This document shows positions 1 to 13,559 of a stretch of 64,000 nucleotides of DNA, piece after piece; the stretch's first letter is position 1; each line of letters opens with the position of its first letter. The notes beneath the pieces were generated by a model. It saw nothing but the letters and a program-made list of their open reading frames with translations. It did no database searches and was not told the origin of the DNA. This stretch comes from Malacoraja senta (taxonomy: Eukaryota). The position numbers were made by a program, and so were the translations under genes. The stretch spans positions 3,162,001 to 3,226,000 of the forward strand of contig CM075988.1 in assembly GCA_038087875.1 (NCBI GenBank), given 5' to 3'.

Positions 1-898
1 TCTTCTAAATATTGAACCCCACCCTCTGAGATTTATAGGCGAGCATGGGAGGACGAGCTGGGTTTATCCATTTCGAAAGATATATGGGAGGAAAGCCTAC
101 TATACATACACTACTGTTCTTTAAATGGCAGGCATTGCCTGATACAATTTAAAGTATTGCATAGGTTATACTACTCGAAGACCAAATTGAACAAGATCTT
201 CCTAATTGTCTCTCCTCTCTGTGATAAATGTCACTTCCAAGAAGCCACCCTAACTCATTCTTTTGTACCCTGTATAAAAATACAAAACTTCTGGACGGGA
301 ATATTCAATATAATTTCTAAAACACTCAAAATTCAATTGGAGTCAGACTCAAAATTAATATTATTTGGAATGTCAGAGGGCTGTCCTAAGTTAACGATAT
401 CCCAAAGACGCTTCCTTGACTATGGTTTAATAACTGCGAAAAAACATATACTTAAATTCTGGAAAAAGATAACAGTCCCCACAGTGAAGATATGGATTAC
501 AGAAATGACAGAGACACTACATTTAGAAAAAATAAGGCTTGTTTTGACTGACAAACCAGATCAATTTTCCAAAATATGGTCTCCTTTCATTGAATTTCTT
601 CAACAACATAATAGTTGAACACAAATTCAAAACCGACGCTAGGGTCGGGTGAGCGGGCGTAGGGAAGGGTAGTGGGATATATCTCCGCTTTTTTCACTTC
701 GTTAGTTCAGGGGGTTTTCTTTTTTCTCTTTCGTGTCTTTTTCGAAATTCTTTTCTTTTTCTTTACTTCTTCCTTTCCCTTTTTTCCTTTTTTCTCTTTT
801 CCAATTTAGTTATTGGTTTATAAACTGTTAAATTGTAAAATGAAAATTGTATAACCGTTATGTCGATTACTTTCTCCTTGTACAATTGCTTCTAATAA
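1..898 (+). mobile_element. L1-clade LINE 3' end (ORF2 C-terminus 157-618 plus T-rich 3' UTR); tail resumes at 2361-2420
   Basis: ORF with CxxC...H...C knuckle (CDKCHFQEATLTHSFVPC) and L1-type end (LEKIR...FSKIWSPFIEFL); 3' UTR interrupted by a second L1. Confidence 0.85.
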
Positions 899-2360
899 GG
901 ATGAATGATGATTGCGAGCACCCACCGATCTGGGTATATATGGAAAAGGCGAGTTCATGTCCCCCTTTCTATAACATCTGTGGGTGCAGGCCCAATTGTA
1001 TCCCTCTCGCTCAAGATATGGAGTCAATTACGAAAAACCTTGGTTTACAGGGTCCTTCCATCTTGACCCCACTGCTTAAAAATCACATTTTTAAACCTTC
1101 AAGTATAGACCACGTATTTAAAACTTGGCATAGCAATGGCATCAGTAGTATTAAAAACCTATACAAGGATGGCATCTTCTCATCTTTCGCGGAGCTCTCG
1201 TCTAACTACAACCTCCCAAACTCCCACCTTTTTCGGTTTTTCCAGATAAGGGATTTTGTGAAGAAGACATTTCCCTACTTCCCAAATCGCCCTCCTGAAA
1301 CCCTGACTGATATCATCTTAGCTTTAGACCCCAATCGGAAGAAATGCATCTCTATTTTGTATAATTTGCTAGGGTCGGTTTTATTGAAACCTCATACCTC
1401 ATTAAAAGCTGCGTGGGAGGAAGAGCTGAATACGAAATTAACAGACCAGCAATGGGACTCTGCCTTGGATTTGATCCACTCTTCCTCCATATGCGCTCGT
1501 CATGGCCTAATCCAATGCAAAGTCCTTTACAAAGTCCACTATACAAATGCAAGATTAGCTAGAATGTACCCAGCTGTTAATGACACCTGTAACAGATGTA
1601 GTCAATCTCCTGCCAACCATAGCCATATGTTTTGGTCTTGCCCTAAGCTAGCAGCCTTTTGGAGGAGTGCTTTCGAATTGATAAGCAGAGCTTACGACCA
1701 GACTATTCTTCCAAATCCAATGTCAGCCATTTTCGGAACCCCTCCCAAAACCTCTCTGTTGCGGTGAAACGGGTCCTAGCTTTTACAACCTTGTTAGCCC
1801 GGAGACTGATCTTGCTTAGTTGGAGGCTTACCTGTCCCCCGACACACGCCCGTTGGATTAAGGAGGTGATTTACAATCTGAAACTTGAAAAACTTAGGTT
1901 CTCTCTCAAAGGCTCTACCAAGACATTCCTAGATACATGGAACCCTTTCTTTGAACTGGTTAACTCTCTTACCTTGTCCCCGGACTCGGAAGAGGACTGA
2001 GTGTTCTCCATCATCGTTTTGTTCTACAGCAGCTGCTTTCCCCTTAATCCCCCCCTCCCTACAATTGTTTATTTAGATATATATGTATATATATATATAT
2101 ATTTTTTTAAATTTATTTTAATTTATTTTTTATATAGCACCTTTTATTTAGTCTATTCTACCATTTGTGTGTGGATGTGTACGTATGTGAGTGTTGTTTG
2201 TCCCCGTTTGGCTCCGACCTGACGGGTGGGTTGAAGGCGGGTAAGGGTAAGGATTTTGAGGATCGCTTACATACTGTTGTACAATTATGCCTTGATTGTT
2301 ACTGTCTGTTATTGTTGTATATATGTAAATTGCCGTGAAATTCAAATAAAAAGATTTAAA
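899..2360 (+). mobile_element. 5'-truncated L1-clade LINE inserted in the 3' UTR of the first L1
   Basis: ORF2 C-terminal region (847-1767, 1659-2000; CNRCSQSPANHSHMFWSC), AATAAA tail, 18-bp TSD tacaattgcttctaataa at 881-898 and 2361-2378. Confidence 0.9.
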
Positions 2361-2479
2361 TACAATTGCTTCTAATAAAATACGGGTTTTTTTTTAAATA
2401 AATAAATAAATAAAAATAATGGGAGTTCTTTACAGGCCCCCAAACAGTAGCCAGGACATAGGGTACAAGTTACATCAGG

Positions 2480-4000
2480 AAATAAAATCGTCGCAGAGGA
2501 AAGGTGGTCATAGGAGATTTCAATATGCAGGTAGACTGGGAGATTCAGGCTGGCACTGGACCCCAAGAGAGAGAATTTGCAGAATACCTCCGAGTTAGTT
2601 TCTTAAAGCACCTTGTTGTAGAGCCTACCAGGAATAAGCCAATTCTAGATTTAGTGTTGTGCAATGAACCTGATTTAATAAGAGAACTTGAGGTAAAGGA
2701 ACCATTAGGAGGTAGTGACCACAATATAATAAGATTTAACCTACAATTTGAAAGGGGGAAGGTGAAATCGGATGTGTTGGTATTACAGCTGAGCAAAGGG
2801 GACTACCGAGACATGAGGGAGGAGCTGGCAAAGATTGACTGGAAAGGGGCTTTTGTAGGAATGACAGTAGAGCAGTAATGGCAGGAATTTGCGGATAATT
2901 CGGACGGTGCATGATCATTTCATTCCAAAGAGCAAGAAAGATTCCAGGGGGAGAATAAGACAACAATGGCTGACAAGGGAGGTCGAGGACAATATAAAAG
3001 CAAAAGAGAAGGCATGTAACATTGCAAAGCTTAGTGGGAAGCCAGAGGATTGGGATGTTTTTAAAGAACAACAAAAGGTAACTAAAAGGACAATACTGAG
3101 AGAAAAGATGAAGTACGAATGTAAGCTAGCCAATAACATAAGAGAGGATAGCAAGACATTCTATGGATATATAAAGAGTAACAAAGAGGCAAGAGTGGAC
3201 ATTGGACCGCTGGAGAATGATGCAGTAGAAGTGATAATGGGAAATCAAGAAATGGCAGTGGAATTTAATGACTTTTTTGCATTCATCTTCACAGTGGAAG
3301 AGACCAGCAGTGTGCCTGCAATCCTAGAGAGTCGGGTGGAAGTTAGTGGAGTGGTGATTACTAAGGAGAGGGTGCAAGGAAAACGGAAAGGTCTGAGGAT
3401 GGATATCACCTGGACTGGATGGACTGCACCCCAGTGTTCTGAAGGAGGCGGCCTCAGAGATTGTGGAGCATTTGTTGTGATATTTCAAGAATCACTAGAG
3501 TTAGCAGTGGTTCCTGAAGATTGGAAAATTGTGCATATCACCCCACCGTACAAGAAGGGAGCAAAGCAGAAGAGGGAAAACTATAGACTGACTTTGGTAG
3601 ATGGTAAGATTTTAGAGTCGATTATAAAGGATGAGGTTGCGCAGTACTTGGAAGTTCACGATAAAATAGGCCGAAGTAGGCATACTTTTGTGAAGGGAAG
3701 ATCTTGTCTGACGAATTTGCTGGAGTTATTTGAGGAAATTAATAGCAGGACAGGCAGAGGGGAGGCTGTAGATGTTGTTTACCTAGATTTTCAGAAGATC
3801 TTCGATTAGGTGCCACAAATCAGGCTGCTAGGGAAGATGAGAGACCATGGTATTATAGGGAAGATACTGGCATGGATAGCGGGTTGGCTGGATGGCAGAA
3901 GGCAAAGAGTTGCAATAAAAGGCGCTTTTTCAGGTTGGCTGCCAGTGACCAGAGGGGTTCTGCAAGGGTCGGTGCTGGGGCCACTACTCTTCATACGCTT
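2480..4000 (+). mobile_element. CR1 LINE ORF2 fragment (end of APE endonuclease to RT), disrupted; continues at ~7127-7320
   Basis: VIGDFN, GGSDHN, RSCLTNLL, VYLDFQK, QGSVLGPLLF motifs; reading resumes after the RTE-X insertion (DLDKGIQGFVAKF...DLDRLGEWAEK). Confidence 0.9.
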
Positions 4001-4013
4001 CATGCTGACTTGG

Positions 4014-7000
4014 GGGGAGACAAAGACAGCCTTTACGCGGCCTCCTCTACGAGTAGCTTACAGGCTCATAAGCCCACAAAGCGAAACCAATGTCTTTACC
4101 ACGTCTGCTGACCACTAAAAGCCATGCCTCCCCAGGCCAGGTGGCACCGTTAAATGCCGCCAACTGTCGAGGTTTAGCGCTACTGCAGCTCAATGTTGAA
4201 GGCCTTACCACCGCCAAGCTCAACGTCATCAAACAGATTGCCATCAAAAACAAGGCGACTATAGTTCTACTGCAGGAGACTCACACCGAACACAAGAACT
4301 TCCTGAAACTTCCTGGGTATACCCTGGCCGGTCACACCACCGACAAACATCATGGCATAGCTACGTTCGTTCGTAACGACATGGCCTGGTCAGCCATAGC
4401 ACAGTCCGCAGAGGATGCAGAGGTAGAATGGATCACAACCAAAGTGCAAGACACTACCATCGTCAACATTTACAAGCCGCCTCCGAGCAGGTTGGTCCCA
4501 ACATATCTGCCAAATGTCCCAGCCCCTGCCGTGTATGCTGGTGACTTCAACAGCCATCATACAGACTGGGCATACAACAGCTCCAACGCTGACGGCGACT
4601 TCCTGGCAGAATGGGCCTCGACCACCGATGCAACACTCCTATACGACCCAAAGGAGCCACGCACTTTCTACTCTGCACGCTGGAACAGCACCACCAACCC
4701 GGACCTGGCCTTCGCAAAATGTCGCAACAATGAACCGCTCCCAGTAAGACGCATCCTGCACAGGTTTCCCCGGTCACACCATCGACCATCGCTCATAACC
4801 ATTCCATCTCTGGTCCAGCCCGTGGAAGGGAAAGATGTCAAGAGGTGGAACTTCCAGAAAGCAAACTGAGTGGGCTTCACACAACAAGTGAATAAGGCAG
4901 CCACTGGCCTCCCACACCCACGCCCCACCAACCGGAACAACGCCTACGACTCATACTGCAAGATGCTGCTGGCTGCCGCCAAGAAGAACATCCCCCGCGG
5001 TGTACGTAAAGCCTATGTTCCCTGCTGGAATGATGAATGTGAAGACCTACTTCACGCCCACACAGAATCACAAACCAGCGAAGACAAGGACAAAGCAGCG
5101 AACGACCTAATCTGCAAACTAAATGAGAAACGCAGGCAAAGATGGACGGAGACAGTGGAATCAATTGATTTCACACACTCCAGCCGTCAGGCATGGCAGA
5201 CCATGAATAAGCTGATGGGCAGGTCGACAACCCCAGCACAGTGTCCCATCACTGCAAATTCCATCGCGTCGCTACTGCTGATCAATGGCCGCTTCCCCAA
5301 CGCAGACAAGGACTTCACCAGAACATCATGGGCGAGAGTCCACGAGCTGCACAGGGCCCCGAGCTGCGACTCCAACCTATCACAACACAAGAAATCGAGC
5401 AGGCCATCCGACGGCTGAAAACCGGCAAGGCACCAGGCACCGACGGCATCCACCATAAAACACCAAGGCAAGAAGGCAACTGACTGGCTGTGCTCCTTCC
5501 TTTCCGTGTGTTTCCGCTGCCTGAAGCAGCCAAAGATCTGGCGCCGTGCCAAGGTGATCGCTCTGCCGAAGCCAAACAAGCCTAGCGATGACCCCAAGGG
5601 ATACCGACCCATCTCACTGCTGTGTGTTCCATACAAGCTCCTGGAACGTCTCCTCCACACACGTCTCAATCCTGTGATCGACCCCCAGCTGCCTAAAGAA
5701 CAGGCTGGCTTCCGAAGCGGTAGGTCAACGGCGGACCAGGTGACCCTCCTGTGCCAAGACGTAGAGGACAGCTTCCAGGCAGGGGAGAAGGCTGGCGCTG
5801 TCTTCTTGGACCGCACAGCTGCATATGATACTGTCTGGCTGCGTGGACTTCACATGAAGCTTCTGGAAACCATCCCAGACAAGCATAAGGTGAGCTTCAT
5901 CGTGGAGATGCTGAGCAACTGCAGCTTCAGGCTACACACCAGCAAAGGGAAATGCAGCAGGGTGAGGAAACTTAAGAACGGCGTCCCACAGGGCTCAGTG
6001 CTGGCACCAATGCTGTTCAATATCTACATCCATGACCTGCCTGCAACCCAGTCAAAGAAGTATGGCTATGCTGATGACCTGGCCATCCTACTTAGTAAGC
6101 CATCCTGGGAAGCAGCACAAGAGGGCCTCTCTGAAGACATGAACATCCTGTCTTCATACCTGAGGAACTGGCGCCTCAAGCTCAGCAGGGGTAAGACAAC
6201 ATCTTCAATGTTCCACCTCAACAACAGGGAAGCGTCCCGCGAGATGAACGTCATGGTGGATAACGCCCGATTACGGTCCCAGCCCGTCCCCACGTACCTC
6301 GGTGTGAAGCTCGACAGAACGTTGTCATTCAAACAACACCTGGAAGGTGCCAAGGCAAAGACAATCGCCCGTGCCGCATTGATTCGCCGCCTAGCCGGCA
6401 CCACAGTGGCCCTGGTGTTCTCAGCCGCTGAGTACTGCGCCCCAGTCTGGTGCCGTAGCCCTCACGCCAAGAAGCTGGATGCTGCCCTCAACAGCACCCT
6501 GCGGACTGTCTCCGGATGCCTACGAGCCACCCCAGTAAACCAACTGCCCGTCCTCGCTGGCATCGCCCCAGCCAACATCAGACGAGAAGCAGCCACGCTG
6601 GCCCTCTCTCGAAAAGGCACAGACCAGTGAATCCCACCTCCTCCATCAGATCGTCACAGAGACACCACGACGAGTGCGCCTCAAGTCACGGCACCCCTTT
6701 GCCACGCAAGCCCAAGAGCTGCTCTGCACAACACCGGCTGACGCTTCTAAGGCTGCCTGGGTCAAGACGAGATGGAGAGACCAGTGGAAGTCAGCGGAAC
6801 CATCTAGGCTACACCATTACATCGACGACCCCATGGACGTCCCTGGCCAGGACCTGCCCCGAAAGCAGTTCTTGAGGACAGGCATCGGACGCTATGGAGT
6901 AGCGATGAAGAGGTGGGGCCTCGTGGAATGCGCCTCCCGCGAGTGTGGGGACCCAACACAGACAGTGGAGCACATAGTCACCAGTTGCCCCAAACACCGG

Positions 7001-7104
7001 CCACCGAATGGTGAACGAGGTCTGATTGACCTGGACGATGACACGTTGGCCTGGCTCGCCTCAACGGAGCTGCAGGTCTAAAAGACACACGACAGAAGAA
7101 GAGG
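4014..7104 (+). mobile_element. Near full-length RTE-X-like LINE (single EN-RT ORF, several stops and frameshifts)
   Basis: APE motifs LQLNVEG, LLQETH, AGDFN, SHHRP; RT motifs YRPISLL, PQGSVLAP, YADD; C-terminal ECGDPTQTVEHIVTSCP; short GAA tail; 12-bp TSD atgctgacttgg at 4002-4013 and 7105-7116. Confidence 0.85.
4090..7081 (+). pseudogene. RTE-X endonuclease-reverse transcriptase polyprotein, disabled
   Basis: ORF pieces 4090-4869, 4870-5418, 5506-6630, 6674-7081; in-frame TGA at 4867-4869 and frameshifts near 5380, 5455 and 6620. Confidence 0.85.
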
Positions 7105-7324
7105 ATGCTGACTTGGACTAATCCCCTGACTTGGATAAGGGGATTCAAGGCTTTGTGGCCAAGTTTTCATATGATGCTAACATAGGTGGAGGGGCAGGCA
7201 GTGGGAAGGAAGAAAGGACTCTACAGAAGGACTTGGACAGGTTAGGAGAGTGGGCAGAGAAGTAGCAGGTGAAATTCAGTGTAGCAAAGTGTGGAGTCAT
7301 GCAGGTTGGTAATAAGAATAAACA

Positions 7325-8065
7325 TTAAAAACATAGAAAGTAGGTGCAGGAGTTGGCCATTCGGCCCTTCGAGCCATTCAATATGATCATGACTGATCAT
7401 CCAAAATCAGAACTCCGTTCCTGCTTTTTTCCCCACATCCCTTGACTACGTTAGCCCTAAGAGTTAAATCTAACTCTCCCTTGAAAACATCTAGTGAATT
7501 GGCCTCCACTGCCTTATGTGCCAGAGAATTCCATAGATTAACAACTCTCAAGGTGAAAATGTTTTTCCTCATCTCAGTCCTAAAGGGCCTACCCCTTATT
7601 CTTAAACTGTGACTCCTGGTTCTAGACTCCCCCAGCATCGGTAACATGTTTCCTGCATCTAGCCTGCCCAATCCCTTAAGAATTTTATATGTTTCTATAA
7701 GATCCACTCTCATCCTTCTAAACTCCAGTGAATACAAGCCCAGTCGACCCATTCTTTCATCATATGTCAATCCTGCCATCCTGGGAATTAACCTGGTGAG
7801 CCTACGCTGCACTCCTTCAATAGCAAGAATGTCATTCCTCAAATTAGGAGACCAAAGCTGCACACAATACTCCAGGTGTGGTCTCACCAGTGCCCTGTAC
7901 AACTGCAGTAGGATCTCCTTGCTCCTAAACTCAAATCCTCTTGCAATGAAGGCCAACGTGCCATTGGCTTTCTTCACTGTCTGCTGTACCTGCATGCTTT
8001 ATTTCAGTGATTGATGTACAAGCACACCCAGGTCTCGTTGCACCTCCCGTTCTCCTAAACTGACA
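7325..8065 (-). mobile_element. CR1 LINE 3' fragment
   Basis: ORF 7387-7995 with LYRALVRPHLEYCVQLWSP; CR1 3' UTR and ctatgttt-type tail. Confidence 0.9.
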
Positions 8066-11000
8066 CATAGAAAATAGGAGGAGGCCATTCGGCACTTCGA
8101 GCCAGCACCGCCATTCATTGTGATCATGGCTGATCATCCCCAATCAATAACCGTGCATGCCTTCTCCCCATATCCCTTGATTCCACTTGCCCCTAGAGCT
8201 CTATCTAACTCTCTCGTAAATCTATCCAGTGATTTGGCCTCCACTGCCCTCTGTGGCCCCTGGTTCTGGACTCCCCCAGCATCAGGAACATGTTTCCTGC
8301 AAAATTCATAACTCTCTGGGTGAGAAAGTTTTTTCTCACCTCAGCCTTAAATGTCCTCCCCTTTATTCTAAGACTATGGCCCCTGGTTCTGGACTCGCCC
8401 AACATTGGGAACATTTTTCCTGCATCTACCTTGTCCAGTCCTTTTATAATTTTATATGTTTCTATAAGATCCCCCCTCATCCTTCTAAACCCCAGTGAAT
8501 ACAAGCCCAGTCTTTTCAATCTTTCCTCATATGACAGTTCCGCCATCCCAGGGATCAATTTTGTGAACCCAAGCTGCACTGCCTCAATCACAAGGATGTC
8601 CTTCCTCAAATTAGGAGACCAAAACTGTACACAATACTCCAGATGCGGTCTTACGAGAGCCCTATACAACTGCAGAAGAACCTCTTTACTCCTATACTGA
8701 AATCCTCTTGTTATGAAGGCCAACATTCCATTAGCTTTCTTCACTGCCTGCTGTACCTGCACGCCAACTTTCAGTGACTGGTGTACAAGCCCATTGAGAT
8801 AATAATCTGCCACCTTGTTTTTGCCGCCAAAGTGGATAACCTCTCATTTATCTATATTATACTGCATCTGCTACGCATCTGCCCACTCACTCAACCTGTC
8901 CAGGTCGCCCTGCAACCTCCTAACATCCTCTTCACAGTTCACACTGCCACCCAGCTTTGTGTCATCCGCAAACTTGCCAATGTTGCTCCTAATTCCCTCT
9001 TCCAAATCATTAATATATATGGTAAACAGTTGCGGCCCCAACACCGAGCCTTGCGGCACTCCACTCGCCACTGCCTGCCATTCTGAAAAGGACCCGTTCA
9101 CTCCTACTCTTTGCTTCCTGTCTGCCAACCAATTTTCTATCCATGTCAACACCCTACCCCCAATACCATGTGCTCTAATTTTAGTCACCAGTCTCCCGTG
9201 CGGGACCTTATCAAAGGCTTTCTGAAAGTCTAGATACACTACATCCACTGGCTCCCCTTCACCCATTTTACTTGTCATATCCTCAAAAAATTCCAGAAGA
9301 TTAGTCAAGCATGATTTCCCTTTCATAAATCCATGCTGACTTGGACTAATCCTTTTACTGCTATCAAAATGCCCCATTATTACCTCTTTAATAATTGACT
9401 CCAGCATCTTTCCCACCACCGAAGTCAGGCTAACTAGTCTGTAATTCCCTGTTTTCTCTCTCTCCTTTCTTGAAAAGTGGGATAACAATAGCTATCCTCC
9501 AATCCACAGGAACTGATCCTGAATCTATTGAACATTGGAAAAAGATCACCAATGCGTCCACTATTTCTAGAGCCACCTCCCTGAGAACCCTGGGATGCAG
9601 ACCATCAGGCCCAGGGGATTTATCATCTTTCAGTCCCATTAGCCTACCCAATACTATTTCTTGCCTAATGAAAATGTCTTTCAGTTCCTCTACCCCCTTA
9701 GATCCTCTGTCCTCCAGTACTACTGGGAGATTGTGTCTTCCTTAGTGAAGACAGATCCGAAGTACCTGTTCAACTCTTCTGCCATTTCCTTTATCCCCAT
9801 AATAATTTCACCCATATCTGCCTTCAAGGGACCCACATTTGACTTTGCTACTCTTTTTCCCTTAACAAATCTAAAGAAGCTTTTACTGTCCTTCTTTATA
9901 TTTCTGGCCAGCTTCCCCTCGTACTTCATCTTTTCAGCCCGTATTGCCCGTTTTGTTTCCTATGAAAGTTTCCCAATCCTCTGGCTTCCGGCTACTCTTT
10001 GCTGTGTTATACATCTTTTCTTTTCGTTTTATTCTATCCCTAACTTCTCTTGTCAGCCACGGTTGCCTCCTACTTCCTTTTTGGAATGAAATGATCATGC
10101 GTCTTCCGGATTAAGCCCAGAAATTCCTGCCATTGCTGTTCCACCGTCATTCCTCCTAGGATCCCTTTCCAGTCTACCTTGGCCAGCTCCTCCCTCATGC
10201 CTTCATAGTCCCCTTTGTTCAACTGCATCACTGACACTTCCGATTTAACCTTCTCCTTCTCAAATTGCAGATTAAAACTAATCATATTATGATCACTACC
10301 TCCAAGCGTTTCCTTTACCTCTAGTTCTCTTATCAATTATGGTTCATTGGACAACACTAAATCCAGAATTGCTTTTTCTCTGGTCGGCTCCATTACAAGC
10401 TGTTCGAAGAATCCATCTCGGACGCACTCTACAAACTCTCTTTCTTGGGGTCCTGAACCAACCTGATTTTCCAAGTCTACCTGCATATTGAAATCCCCCA
10501 TCACCACAGAGGCATTACCTTTGTTACATGCCAGTTTTAACACCTGCTGCAACTTACACCCTACATCCGGGCTACTATTTGGGGGTCTGTAGATAACACC
10601 AATTAGTGTCTTCTTGCCTTTGCAATTCCTCAACTCAATCCACAGTGACTCTACCTCATCAGTTCCTATGTCTTCCTTCGCAAGGGACTGAATTCCATCC
10701 CTCACCAGCAGAGCTAATCCCACTCCTCTGCCCACCTGCCTGTCCTTTCTATAGGATGTATAACCTTGAATATTAAGTTTCCATGCCCGATCGTCCTGCA
10801 GCCACGTCTCAGTAATCCATACAATGTCATATCTACCAACCTCTAACAGCCTCAAGCTCATCTACTTTACTTCTTATACTTCGCGCATTCATATACAATA
10901 TTTTTAATTCCTTACGCATCTCACCTTTCACATCGATCCCTATTACACTTGGCCATACTCTCCTATCCCGTTGTGAGCTTTCTTTCCCGTTAATTCTGGG

Positions 11001-11625
11001 GTCATTAACTATCCCTTTACTCTCTTTCCCTTTAACTTCGTCCTTGACTATCCCATTCGCCCCGCCCCCCCCCCCCCCCTATTTAGTTTTAAACCACCTG
11101 TGTAGCAGTGGCAAAGCTATCTGCCAGAATGCCGGTCCCCCACCTGTTAAGGTGCAATCTGTCCCTTTTGTACAGTTCCCCCTTACTCCAAAACAGATCC
11201 CAGTGGTCTAAGAATCTAAATCCCTGACCCCTGCACCAGTTCCTCAGCCACACATTCAGGTCCCGTATCTCCCTCTTCCTGCTCTCGCCAGCACGAGGAA
11301 CTGGAAGCAAACCGGAGATAAGCACCCTGGAGGTCCTGCTTTTCAGCACTTTTCCGAGCTCTCTAAAGAATATTCTTTTCAGAATATTCATCCCAATTCT
11401 TTCCGACATCGTTTGTGCCAACATGCACTACAACGTCCGGCTGTTCACCTTTGCCCTTGAGGATTTTCTGCACTCTGTCCATGACATCCTGGATCCTGGC
11501 ACTAGGTTGGCAGCACACCATCCTCGAATCCCGTCTGTTTCCGCAGAAGCCCCTGTCCGTACCTCTCACAATGGAATCTCCCACTACCAAGGCGTTGCCT
11601 GACGTCGGCCTCTTTGGTTTTGACA
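8066..11625 (-). mobile_element. Near full-length CR1 LINE (ORF1 SGNH esterase 11089-11629; ORF2 EN-RT ~10920-8205), disrupted
   Basis: ORF1 motifs VVGDSIVRG, VHVGTND, LHLN; ORF2 motifs [42 protein letters not shown]; 3' UTR tail at 8066. Confidence 0.92.
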
Positions 11626-11629
11626 CCAT

Positions 11630-11935
11630 TCAGATAATAATCTGCCTTCCTGTTCTTGCCACCAAAATAGATAGCTGCACATTTATCCACATTATACTGC
11701 ATCTGCCAACTCACCCAACTTATCCAAGTCTTCCTGCAGCCTCATAGAATCCTCCTCGCAGCTCACACAGCCACCCTATCATTCGCAAACTTGGAGATGT
11801 TACATTTAATTCCCTTGTCTAAAGCATTAATATATATTGTAAATAACTGAGGTCCCAGCACCGAGCCTTGCGGCACCCCACTAGTCACTGCCTAGTCTAG
11901 CATGATTTCATAAATCCTTGCTGACTTTGACCGCA
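11630..11935 (-). mobile_element. CR1 RT fragments
   Basis: WQMQYNVDKC and [16 protein letters not shown] segments on the minus strand. Confidence 0.75.
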
Positions 11936-11944
11936 TGTCCTGTC

Positions 11945-12830
11945 ATTGTCACAAGGCTTAGATTATTTTCTAAATGGCGAGAGAATCCAGATATCAGAGA
12001 TACAAAAGGACTTGGGAGTACTGGTGCAGGACTCCCAAAAAGTCAAATTGGTAGGAAGGACAGCAAATTCAATGCTAGCATTTATACCAAGAGGGCACAA
12101 TTAGGAAAAAGGGAAGTGCAACGATACCCGCGTGTCCTTGTACCCCAGTCACTGAAAGTAAACATGCAGGTACAGCAGGCAGTGAAGAAAGCTAATGGCA
12201 TGTTGGCCTTCATAAAGAGAGGATTTGAATATAGGAGTAAAGAGGTCCTTCTGCAGTTGTACAGGGCCCTGGTGAGACCACATCTGGAGTATTGTGTGCA
12301 GTTTTGGTCTCCTAATTTGAGGAAGGACATCCTTGCTATTGAGGCAGTGCAGCGTAGGTTCACGAGGTTATTCCCCGGGATGGCGAGACTGTCATATGAG
12401 GAAATATTGGAAAGACTGGGCTTGTATTCAATGAAATTTAGGATGAGAGGGGATCTTATTGAAATATAAAATTATAAAAAGGACTGGACAAACTAGATGC
12501 AAGAAAAATGTTCCCAATGTTGGGGGAGTCCAGAACCAGGGGCCACAGTCTAAGAATAAAAAAATTAAACTGAGATGAGAAAACACTTTTTCATCCAGAG
12601 AGTTGTGAATTTGTGGAATTCTCTGCCACGGAAGGCAGTGGAGGCTAATTCACTGGATGAATTTAAAAGAGAGTTAGATAGAGCTCTAGGGGCTAGCGGA
12701 ATCAAAGGGTATGGGGAGAAGGCAGGCACAGGTTACTGATTGTGGATGATCAGCCATGATAACAATGAATGGCTCGAAGGTCCAAATGGCGTCCTCCTGC
12801 ACCTATTTTTTATGTTTCTATGTATCTATG
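11945..12830 (+). mobile_element. CR1 LINE 3' fragment
   Basis: ORF 11918-12469 (KANGMLAFIKRG...RPHLEYC), 3' UTR and tatgtttcta tail. Confidence 0.88.
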
Positions 12831-13420
12831 ACTTGAATACAAAAACAGAGATGTAATGCTGGGGATCTATAAGGTGCTGGTCAGGCCTCATTTGGAGGAC
12901 TGTGAGCAAATCTGAGGAAGGATGTGCTGGCTCTGGAGAGGGTCCAGAGGAGGTTTACAAGAATGATTCCAGGAATGAGTGGGTGAGCATATGATAAATG
13001 CTTGACAGCACTGGGCCTCCACTCGCTGTAGTTTAGAAGGTCGAGGGGGGACCTCATTGAAACTTACAGAATAATGAAAGGCAAAGATAGATTGGATGTG
13101 GAGAGGATGTTTCCACTGGTGGGAGAGTCTAGGACCAGAGGTCCTGGATCAGAATTAAAGGGCGCTCTTTTGGAAAGAATGTGAGGAGGAACTCCTTTTG
13201 TCAGAGGGTAGTTAATCTGTGGAACTCATTGCCACAGAGAGCTGTGGAGGCCGTCAGTGGATATTTTTAAGGCAGATAGACAAATTCTTGATTAGAACAG
13301 GTGTCAAGGGTGATGGGGAGAAGGCAGGAAAATGGGATTTGGAGGCAGAGATCAGCCATGATTGAATGGCGGAGTAGACTCGATGTGCCAAATGGCCTAA
13401 TTCTACTCCTATACCTTGTG
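12831..13420 (+). mobile_element. CR1 LINE 3' fragment (different subfamily)
   Basis: Degenerate LYKVLVRPHLE, RGDLIETY and NLWNSLP coding plus CR1 3' UTR. Confidence 0.8.
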
Positions 13421-13422
13421 AA

Positions 13423-13555
13423 TAATATACCAAGCCAGTTAACCTACAAACCTGTACGTATTTGGAGTGTGGGTGGAAACTGAAGATCTCGGAGAAACCC
13501 CACGCAGGTCACCTGGAGAACGTATAAACTTCGGCAGTCGCCGTTGTCAGGATTG
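13423..13555 (-). mobile_element. tRNA-derived SINE fragment (HE1-like)
   Basis: Matches the recurring SINE core aacctacaaacctgtacg...ggagtgtggg...gaaacccacgcaggtcac seen many times in the window. Confidence 0.75.
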
Positions 13556-13559
13556 TCAG

